Assembly: GCA_000182565.2 (NCBI GenBank)
Contig: KQ257462.1
Direction: 5' to 3' (one strand)
Length of the DNA stretch: 35,969 nt
Origin: Spizellomyces punctatus DAOM BR117
Lineage: Eukaryota
A program made the position numbers and the translations under genes. Below the pieces are notes generated by a model that saw only the letters and a program-made list of their open reading frames with translations, made no database searches and was not told where the DNA came from. This document shows, piece by piece, positions 26,325-35,969 of this stretch. Each line of letters starts with the position of its first letter. The first letter of the stretch is position 1.

Positions 26325-28616
26325 ATGCCTTCTACAGAACCAAAGAGACCAGTGGTTGGATACTTCCAAGACAATTCGGGCTTATCTGAAGCTAACGAGA
26401 AACAGGCGCCCCGAACGTATGCACATCAAGATCGCAATTTCCATTCTCATCCGGACCAGCCATCAATCCGCCAGAAAAATGGTTGGAATTTCCAGAAACT
26501 AGAGCGCCGACTTCAACGAGCGCAAAAGGTCGCTAGACAGGAATTGCGCTTCCTGGATGTTACCAACAAAACAAAAGGCACTGTATCATCCTTTCCCCGC
26601 AGCTCAGAAGAGGTTTGTGAACTCGTCAAAGAGCAGCTGAGTGAAAGGGGCCTCCTTCGCTCTTCAAGAAGAAATCCCCACGCTCACCCTGCAAGGAATT
26701 TTGCTGCTGAAAGCACTGGCACCGATGTTTCCCAGGACGATCGGATTGGGAAAGAAGTACAGCTACCAATTTTGGAAGATCTAGCATCTATGTATTTTGA
26801 TATTCCTGAGAACCGAGTTCAACAATGCCAACAGGTTGAGGAAGCTCAACAGACACACGAGACTATGGAGCAAAATTCAACTGCCGATCTATTCTGTAAG
26901 AAGACCATGGAGAAGGAAAGTGCTGGCAATCGGATGCGATCGCACGTCGTTAGAGAAGGAGAAAATAAGGGAGTTAAGTTTGCGCCGCGGGAAGCGAAGC
27001 ACTTCGTTCCGCCAAAGTACCCGGAAAATGTCAAAAAAGGAAAACCAGTGAGTTCAGCACCAATTTCAGAGTGTAGATCACATGGTCGGCTAGAAAACCC
27101 CACGGTAATAATGAAAAGGTGAACAGGCAGGTACGCGTAGTACCGTCCGGAGCTAGTGAAAGAAAGGCATCCCGGCCCGCCCGCATCGGTATGTTCTACA
27201 GCAGTATGGTAGTTTGTTATCCAACGAGGGAGGTCAAACATTTACCAAATCGTGATAGTAACACAGCCTTCCCCCATCGCAGCGGACACGGATATTAAAA
27301 TGCAAAGTGGCATTGGGATAGTGTCACATCACCAATCAAAGGCATCAAAAAATAGTGGCCCACAGCGTCAGAAGTCGAAGGACTTTATCGTTGAACCTCC
27401 AGTCAGGACGATAGGCAAATCTAAAACAGGGCTAAAAGTGCATGATCGTCGTGTGGATGCTGCCAATGCCTGGCAAATGAAAGAAAGTGATCAGCGTCTT
27501 CAGCGAGCGTATGAAAAAATGTTGCGGGAAGCGGCAATTGAAGAGGAAGTTAACAACAAGCGACGAAAAAGGGGAAGACACCAAAGTCGCCCAGCGAAGG
27601 TAACAGTAAATATCCAAACCTTCGACAAGCGCGCGTTGGCAAATACTCACCTTGTTTGGCTGTCACTCAAAGCGCAATGAAGGGTTACCCATTTCGGTGA
27701 ACTTGAGAACGGAGTTGCAGCGATTTCTGGACTCACGGGCGGGCATGTTAGATACACGAAAAAGTCTTATGTCGGGCCAATCAAGTCCACCACCCCACTC
27801 TAATCCGAAGTCAGATGCTAGTCCGGATGCTCTTGAACCACCTGAGGGCAAAGTGCAACTGCAGACTCACGGGGAAACCGCTCGACTTGAACAGCAGGTC
27901 GAGGTTATAGTGGCCCAAAAGATTGAGCCTTTACTTGCCAAAGCGTTAGAAGATCTGGAGCATGCTATGGGACGAATCTCGTCGGTACCTGTCACAAGTA
28001 AAAGTGATGTACAAGAGCGGGCGATCAATCACGGATCGGCAACAATAGAGACAAAGATCATACGTAGTCAATCACCCGTAGCGACGGGGGTTGTCGAAGA
28101 TGACGAAAGCCGGGGCTTAGTATACCTGCTAAGTAAACTAAGAGAGTTGGAAGTTGAAGGGGAACGACTTTTGCACGTCAAAAAGCATGATACCGCGGAG
28201 GCGCACGAATCAGCACAAGTTGAAGACGATGTCGCGCCTCAACAACCAGCTGAACTAGCGGCGGTCAGACCGCGTCTTGCTTTATCCATACCCCCTGACG
28301 CACTCAATGGAATTGAGGATGGGAGAATGCGATATATTCGACATCAGCGCGCCGCCATCGGCGCCTTGGTTGTGTTACCTTCTGGCGACGAAGATTTCAC
28401 AACGATAGCAGATTATATTGACCCATGGAATACTGTGCAAAGGTGCGTTGGCGACGTCCGCAGTATCCCACAAGCTCTAATTGTCATGTATAACTATCTA
28501 GCATTGCGGATGAGCTTCTTGATGAGATTCTGCAAGGAAATGCAAGTGAGATTGTACGTGTTGCTGATGATTTTGTGGAACGTCTTTTTGATGAAGAGTT
28601 CGAACCAGAAATATAA
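26325..28616 (+). CDS. Mostly disordered/coiled-coil protein with a Moonraker (KIAA0753/OFIP)-like C-terminus; about 5 exons
   Basis: Inferred exons about 26325-27047, 27119-27188, 27259-27599, 27672-28442, 28502-28616 keep frame. The spliced C-terminus reads LSIPPDALNGIEDGRMRYIRHQR...DPWNTVQSIADELLDEILQGNASEIVRVADDFVERLFDEEFEPEI*, matching the Moonraker terminal helix pattern as I recall it. Confidence 0.72.
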
Positions 28617-28854
28617 GAATTATAATCTACGTTTAAGACCTTTCACATGTGCTATCTTTTATTCGAAGGTTAAGGTGTTCCAGAAACATCGAATTGAAAT
28701 GTAAAAACTAGCATCTGATTCTAACATGTTCTATTCGTTAACTGTTCTAGAATCTCTAGAAATCTAGTGGAGATTTGTGTGACGTCATGTCTTTTAATAA
28801 GTGCTCTTTTCAACGCGCGGACCATCGGGTACCCATTTGCCCTCCGACCTCACA

Positions 28855-29411
28855 ATGGTATGAGCATTCATTTCACCACAGCCCTTTTGACAGCAGTAGT
28901 ATCTCTTACGTATTGACTAACTGATATTACTGGACAAATACTTTTGCTTCAGCACCTTCCCCATACCGCCATCGTTCAAGTTGTCAAAGATTATTACGCT
29001 GGAGTTGACAGTAGGGATGCCGATCGCCTCGCCTCTCTATATCATCCTTCGCGGTGCTCCCTTCAATTTAATGCCGACCCAGCGCTTGTTGGACTAGAAG
29101 CAATTCGATCCTTTTCGGCTAATTTCTTCAACGCCGTCCTCAAAATTCAACATGAGAAAGTCGAAGTTTGGTCACAGCCATTGTTAGGAGGCGTGCTACC
29201 TACCCGAGAAGAGATGGATGATCAGGACACAATAACAGTGGCGTCCACAGCTCTGCCAACATTCACCGTGACTGGCAATGACGGAAAACAAGCAGTTGTG
29301 ACGGTCCCGGCCTGTTCAATCTTCACCATCCATGCGCAGACAAAAAAGATCGTACGTGTCCACAATATGTTCGACTTGAACAAGATTTATACCGCGATGA
29401 AACCTGTCTAG
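28855..29411 (+). CDS. SnoaL/NTF2-like domain protein; ATG-only first coding exon (28855-28857), second exon 28953-29411
   Basis: CACAATG|GTATGA...ACTAAC...CTTCAG|CAC. Product IVQVVKDYYAGVDSRDADRLASLYHP...FNADPALVGLEAIRSF...VPACSIFTI...KIVRVHNMFDL is the typical SnoaL_2 pattern. Confidence 0.82.
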
Positions 29412-29728
29412 GTATTGGTATTTGTTTCGCAAAGATGTTGATAACCGGTTACGCCGTGCTGTAACCCACGAGCTGGGCTCTAGAGGTGCGAATAAAATTA
29501 ATGATTAGGGAAGTTGCCCTACTATTATATTTCTATCATTTCTGTACGGTAGTCGTTGAAGTCGAGATTGATTAGATATTGGCTGCTTGGATGATCACAC
29601 ATGTTTGAGTTTTATATATGAACAAAAAGCTGTGATAGGATATGCTCACTGAACTCGGATACGTCTATCATGCCTATATATCTAGGCTGCCACGCGCCCC
29701 CCATAGCATAACATAAATAAAAGCTGCT

Positions 29729-32273
29729 CTACTCATTTGCCGCTCGCTCCTCCGCATACTTAGCTTTGAGCATATCTTTGTAATCCCGGATATCACCATC
29801 AAACTCTTCTACCTCCCCATCTCGGACAATCCAGATCTCCTTTGCAACTTGATCAATGAGGCGAAAGTCCTATATTATAGCCAGTAAGTGATGACGTGCG
29901 ATGTCAACATACGCTTGGCGAGTGAAACTTACGTGAGTGATGAATACAACCCCACCGTCATAGTCATTAATCGCTTCTGCAAGTGCATCGATTGTCTCAA
30001 TATCCAGTGCGTTCGTTGGCTCATCCATCAAGAAAAGGTGTGGAGTTTTCAGGCCCAAGTATGCAAAGATAACCCGCCGTCGTTGACCATCGCTCAACTG
30101 CCGCATGGGAATGACCTGGCTTTTCCCCGTTAGACCATATTTGCCAACCTCCCGTCTCATGTCTTGGTCGCGCCACTCTTTAAACTGGGAACACAACCAC
30201 TGTACTGCACTCTGGTCCATGTCCAGCTGATCGCCCATGTGTTGGTGAAATTGTGCAATTCTGAGGTGATGGTTCCTTGTAACGGTGCCCTGAGTAGGTT
30301 GCAATTCCCCCAACATCAGCTTGATGAGAGTCGATTTGCCTGCTCCGTTGGGACCAACCAAGGCGATCCGCGAATCGAGATCAATTCCAAAATTGAGATC
30401 ATGAAACAGCTGACGACCTCCGGGATACCCGAAGTTCACATCACGAAATTTCAGGACGGGCGGAGGTAATCCTCGTCCACATTCCGAGAATTTAAGTGTA
30501 AGAGGCTTGTCCCAAATCAATTCTTCTTCCAAAGCCTTGTTCTTCTCTTTGTCCTTCTCCTGCCTCTTTTCCATAGCTTTTACGCGATTTTTCGCCTGGG
30601 CTTGCTGCTTTGATCCTGTTTTGCTCAAATTTTCCTTCAGCTTTGCCATCTGCTTTTCCTGCGCTCTCGCTCGCTTGTTAAGCAACACGTCCTTCTCCGC
30701 TCGGACTTTAGTGAAAGTATTATAATTTCCGGGGTAATGATCCAAATGCTGATGGTAAAGGTGGATAATGTCGGTACACACTTCGTTAAGTGTATCTTGG
30801 GAGTGCGAGGTCATGACAACCGTGTGGCCTTCGAATGGTCGGTGGTCAGTCAGATGGCAGCTAGGTGCGTAGTCAATCTTTATTATCTGTCACTCTACCT
30901 TCGAGATTGTGAAGCAAATATTCCTCCAGCCAGACTACTGCTTCGAGATCCAAATGATTGGTTGGTTCATCTAGAAGCATCAGGGTGGGTTTCACAAAAA
31001 GAATTCGAGCCAGAGAAATCCTCATTCGCCATCCACCGGACAAATCCTTCGTCTTTGTTTGGATAAGGTCCTCAGAGAAACCTAGACCTTTTAGAATATC
31101 CAATGCGCGTCTTTCGGAGCCTTCTGCCTCAAGTTCTCCAAGCCTCGTTTGAATGTAGTCCAATCTTACGGCATGCTTATCGGGATCTCCGAGGAGCTCC
31201 GTCATTTCGTCCATCAGGTGTTGGTGTTCTCGCCGGGTGATTTCAAGTACGGCTTCTATTGATGTCATCTCAGTAGCAGCAAACTCACGATCCAACAGGT
31301 ACACGTCCAATGACTTGGGCATTGGCACCAGTCCACACGCTATTGCGTGTAAGAGTGTGGATTTACCAGACCCATTTGGAGCTATTAGTCCATATCTACG
31401 ACCGTTGATTAGGGACAGCTCTGATTCCTTGATTAGTAGCTTTCCAAAAGCTTGTACAGTAAGTTTGTCCACTTGCAGATCACGAGAATTTGGTGGGGAC
31501 AAGAGGTTTCCAGTGACGGCAATGGCGTCGCTAGGATTTGTACCCTCAGGACCTAGTGGTTGACCCGAAGCATAGCTATATGCGCCAGGGGTGCTCCTTC
31601 GATCATCATCCACAGTAGTTTCCGGTGCAATGTCTTCGTCCTGGCCGTCGCCATCCACACCGACTTCTTTGTTCTTTTTTCTTCCAGCTTTTTCCTTCTT
31701 ACGTTCCTCTCGGCTTTTACGAGCCTTCTTCTCTTTCTTATCCTCCTCGTTTGCCTCGCCATCGTCTGCAGAATTTGCGCCAGATGCATTTGCGGCCTTT
31801 GCTTTCTTCTCCCTTTTTGAGCGGCTAGACGATTTCCCGCTCTTTCCCCTCCCAACATCCGATGCGTCGCTACCACGTTCGTCATCATCTCCCACCGTCA
31901 AAACACTGAAATTTCCTCCCAGCGTATCCATATCGACATTCGCCTCTGAGTCTTCGTCCTGATCTGCTTGCTCAAGCAAGTCAAATGCGTTCTGTGAGAT
32001 CGACTTCTTTTCGCGTCGTTTGCCTCTTTTCCGGCTGTCCTCCGTCGCATCTGTGTCCTGCTCAACACCTGTCTCAATCAGCACACTATCCTCCTCATTA
32101 TCTGACGCCGTAACTGGCCTCCCAGACGTCTTTGAACTCTTCTTCTTTGCACTCTTTGACGTGCTATCTATGACGTCCGCGTCTTCCACAGCTTTCAAGT
32201 CATATTTCTTATCGTCGTCTGCGTTCCAGGCATCCTTATTTCCCTTCTTCTTACTTCCCTTCTTGGGGGGCAT
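29729..32273 (-). CDS. ABC-F family ATPase, ABCF2/Arb1-type core with long Lys/Asp/Glu-rich N-terminus; 3 exons
   Basis: Starts MPPKKGSKKKG. Two ABC cassettes and no TM domain: RRYGLIAPNGSGKSTLL / LSGGWRMR / LLDEPTNHLD, and LVGPNGAGKSTL / LSDGQ / MDEPTNALD. Two GT-AG introns (about 30830-30898 and 29870-29932); ends KYAEERAANE*. Confidence 0.95.
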
Positions 32274-34536
32274 GGTGGTTGGAGCAAATGGGGTTTGTTC
32301 GCCGATTTGCTGCAACCAGTGCAAGCAGTTTTACATCATCTGATAAAAAATGTGCATTCGAATGCATGCGCAGCAGATACCGTAAGCATGTCCCGATCGT
32401 CCCTTTTAACTTCGACGCTCTCGCTGACTGCAGAATATTGTGACTTTTACATTGCGAAAATGCAGATTTCATAGAGAGTAGATCCATATCATTTCAGGAA
32501 TTATGTTTCATCTCTATCGTTCATGCCGTCCTCTGGAACACAATTGGCAAGGGTAACAGCAACTTTGGTGGGGTAGACGCAACCATGATTTTCCTGCTGA
32601 CCATACTACAGATTCCTAAGTAAACTGCAATACCTGTGATTCATTCGCTCACTGTCTCTGCGGTAATAATTACACCCTGGTATTGTGCAACTCTCGCGAC
32701 GTGAGCATGGCGCTGGATGACCGCGGGGGCGCTTCCTACGACGATGTCTGATGGTCTGCGAGAGCGAAGTGTAAACATTATTTGTCAGCCAGTTGTGGAA
32801 AGCCATTGTCAATACTATAGGTGTGGTCCTTGTTTCAACAAGATCAGAAAGGGTCTTTCACATGTCAGCGCCAATCCTTGGGAGTAGCGCAAGTCACAAG
32901 AGTTACTCCGGTGACGGGCTGGCGAAGGGTTCTGGGATTGACTAAGTGAGCGTGGGCATTTCCCATGCAATAGAATACGCTGTAGTGTCATCGCCATATT
33001 CCGTGTAGAAGCAATTCTTCCCAACGACAGCGAATGGAAACCTAGGTGCGACAGAATGGAATTTGAATGACTGACGACGGAATGGGAATCTTCTCCTCTG
33101 CGTCCAATGGGGGAGAGAGACGGGGGAAGGTTCCAACGGTGAAATGGAATGAGACAAGAAAGGTAGCATTCCTATCTCACGTCGCTGATATGACAGACGG
33201 AGGAACAAGGGGGTTAGTTGTCTGAAGACAGATGGTTCGAAGGTCCTCATTTTGGAAAAAATTATGAATAATCTGGAAGGAATCGAGCAGGAGCCTGCGG
33301 AGGAGAAGCCTATTCAGCTAGAGGGCCTCTTTGGATTGAGGGACTCGCTCAAGACCTTTTACCTCTTCACCATTTGGAACCATTTCTTGGCAGACGCTTT
33401 GAGAAACTTTATGAATTACGGAAATCTCGCAAGAAGGTGTTTACAACTCATCTCGCGCAAACAAAAAGAGTGCGCGGACATTATGTGAGCGGCGCAGAAC
33501 TACTTCAATGGATATTAAACCTTGGTAGGTGGCCGAGCCACCATCTCCTGAGTATTCTTTGAATCTCTTTAATAATATCCCTGGTATGGCGGGACTGTAG
33601 AAGTCCAACTTGACTCCCAACACGTTGAGCTTCCGTAGGATACATCAAGCACCAGCAAGCCAGAAGAGAAGGCGCGAGGTTTAAGGCAAAAAGCTTCGTT
33701 CGTCCCCCCTGGATATGGTAGCACAATACTGTTGAACGAGACGGAAGTGCACGGACCATCAAAGGGCGCACTAAAGTTTTGCACCTTACGTGCTTTGTTA
33801 GGTGAATCTGAGATACTTCGCAAACCAGCTCAAAGAGTCGTCATGCTGTCCCCATCAATATGCCCACAGGGATGCTACCAAAGCCGCCCGCTTCAACAAG
33901 AAGACTGTTACTGGTTCTCTACGCAAACAGGTCGAATGCAGTGGATTTCAGTATGCACTAAGATTAGGGTACGGGTCATCGCTGCGTACAAGCTACGCGT
34001 CCGAAAGCGCCCACTTGTCAAGTTGAAACTCTTTGTTGTCTGATCTTATTATGGGCAAAAACGATAGCCAAGGGGCATTCTGAATAGATTATGAACAAAG
34101 TGTATTTGGAAACCACCCTGTCAAAGATTGGATTCATTTGTCATATATTATCAAGGTGCTGAAAAACAACCCGCGGAACTCTTGACGTGGAGAACATCCC
34201 CACCATACGACGCGATATGCTCCTCTTGAGAAGCAAAGCCCAGCAAGTCGAGCAAATGCAGGAAAGGCACTCAAACGAGTCGCTGTTTGTATCACACCTC
34301 TTCCAGCTTGGTACTCATAGACCGCGGACTAGCTTCACGGCCTTCTGGAGAAGTCATTCCTCCCCATTGTACGCCATCGAAAATCAACGCTGTGCCTGCC
34401 GATAATCTTCGAGTAGGGCTCGGGCGCGATGCCAAGAGTTGTCTGCTGCGTTCAACTTTAGGGGCACCCCATCCATGCCTTGTAAGAATCGGCCGAGTAA
34501 TTGCAGTGCGACGAAGGTGTTTTGCAACCCCTTACG

Positions 34537-35969
34537 CTATGACATCTCGACTGACGTGCACGATTGATATTGCCTCAACAAACTGGCGGGAAGTTGAAGG
34601 GTTGTTGGTCTCTCAGGCACATTATTGACTCCCATCATGACAACCCTTTCCTCCAACCCTTTCACAGTAATCACATCGAACCCATGACCGGGCCCGTTCC
34701 TTTCTATCCGATTGTCACGGAGTGTGACCTTCTTCCCCACCGCAACAGCCAAGCAATTGATACCGGAACCTGAGCTGTCGGAGATGACGTTTCGCGACAG
34801 GATGCCGTGACAGGGACTCATCCCAAAGATCACCCCGGTTCCGCTGTTCCTTGTGACCGCACACCCATCCATCGACAGGAACGCCGAATGGTCCGACTCG
34901 GCGGAGCCCTGCATAACGACCACGTCCGAGCGGTTGTGGTCAAACTTGCAGTCGCGTAGCATCGTGGCTCGGTTGGCAAGGAGGAGGCACGAATGCGTCC
35001 CAAACCTGCCCGAGCTTGTGACCTCGCACCGCACCATCTCCAAAAGGTTCGCGGAGCCATATCCCACAACAGCCTGACTCTGACAGTGGGTGAAGCTGCA
35101 GTCGGTGAGCCGGGCGGTGCAGTCGCGGCCTCTAACCTCGATGGCGGCCATGACACACCTCTTGACCCTGCATTTCTTCATCACGAGGCTCGAAGTGTCT
35201 CCGCCCACGAGCACGGCGGCGGACGTTTGGGGCTGGAAGATACAGCTCTGGAGGGTGCATCGTGACATAGACTGCCAGACGCCAACAGCAGGGGAGTTGT
35301 GCGAGTGGAAGACGCAGCCGGTGGCCGTCACGGAGGCGCCTTCAGTGCTCCGCAAGCAATTAGCCATGGCCGAGGACTCCTTTGCCAAAGAAAGGCTCAT
35401 ATCTTCCAAGAAAAGAGCCGAACCATCACCCTTGGCCGACAAAACTACACTATCTGGCGGAAACTCGCCCTGCGTCAGTGTGGTGGGCTCACACCGCAGC
35501 TTCACCGCCGGCTCATTCCGTTTTGAGTCGTTTTCTGAGAGAACACTCGAGCGTTCGCCTAGAAGCTGAAGGCTCACGTCTCCACAGAGTTCAGCTGAAA
35601 TCTCATACGTGGCCGGACGTAAGATGAGGGTCCAACCGTCGGCGTTCCCGGGCGGTCGACGCTGTGATTGACTTATGGCGTCTGCCAACGACACAAAATC
35701 GCCTCCGCCTTCTGGATCCACCACGCGCACAGCGCCCTTGAACATGACGCGACCCCAGCACTCCAACGTCTCTGGCTTGCACTTGATCACTTTCGTTTTA
35801 GCAGCCAGACCTCTTTCGGCGGTTAACAAACAAGACGAGAGATCCTCATTTCCTGGCGCTATTACAGACCCCTTTTGGCGGCAGCGACAGCAGCGTCAAA
35901 CACTTGCAGCGCAGTCTCGGCTTGAGAACTCTCATGTAGCCCTTTGGCCACGCGGGCTTCAGCTGCACC
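34537..35969 (-). CDS. TPR + right-handed parallel beta-helix (PbH1-type) repeat protein, 5'-truncated by the window edge, apparently frameshifted
   Basis: 430-aa intronless ORF with beta-helix cap (GDFVSLADAI...LILRPATY) and roughly 23-residue repeats (ATGCVFH, LQSCIFQ, MKKCRVK, LTDCSFT, MVRCEVT, LRDCKFD, MDGCAVT, LSRNVIS, LRDNRIE). An upstream TPR-like motif is split over three frames, so this could be a pseudogene. Confidence 0.75.

Noticed and set aside
28745-28767. Tandem TCTAG(A) palindromes (TTCTAGAATCTCTAGAAATCTAG)
   Set aside because: Too short to call a repeat or element end; the resemblance to a heat-shock element is imperfect.

Overview
Gene-dense, intron-rich eukaryotic DNA with short (about 55-110 nt) GT-AG introns and a fungal gene set. 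It is most likely from a zoosporic (chytrid-type) fungus, because one gene resembles the centriole protein Moonraker/KIAA0753 (inference). In order: NDT80/PhoG-family transcription factor (+), tRNA-Ser(CGA), Nma111-like HtrA protease (+, about 17 exons), Zn-dependent alcohol dehydrogenase (+), secreted cutinase (-), a gene-poor 2.7 kb gap with a CpG-free patch, DHH1 helicase (-), an Mdm1/SNX13-type PXA-RGS-PX-Nexin_C protein with an extra C2 domain (+), V-ATPase subunit a (-), a Moonraker-like protein (+), a SnoaL/NTF2-like protein (+), an ABCF2/Arb1-type ATPase with a long charged N-terminus (-), an unresolved 2 kb region, and a 5'-truncated TPR + right-handed beta-helix gene with two apparent 1-nt frameshifts (-). 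No CRISPR array, rRNA or intact mobile element was seen. I found no convincing multi-gene novel system; the best leads are single-gene novelties. Gene models were spliced by hand, and homology calls come from recognised motifs, not database searches.
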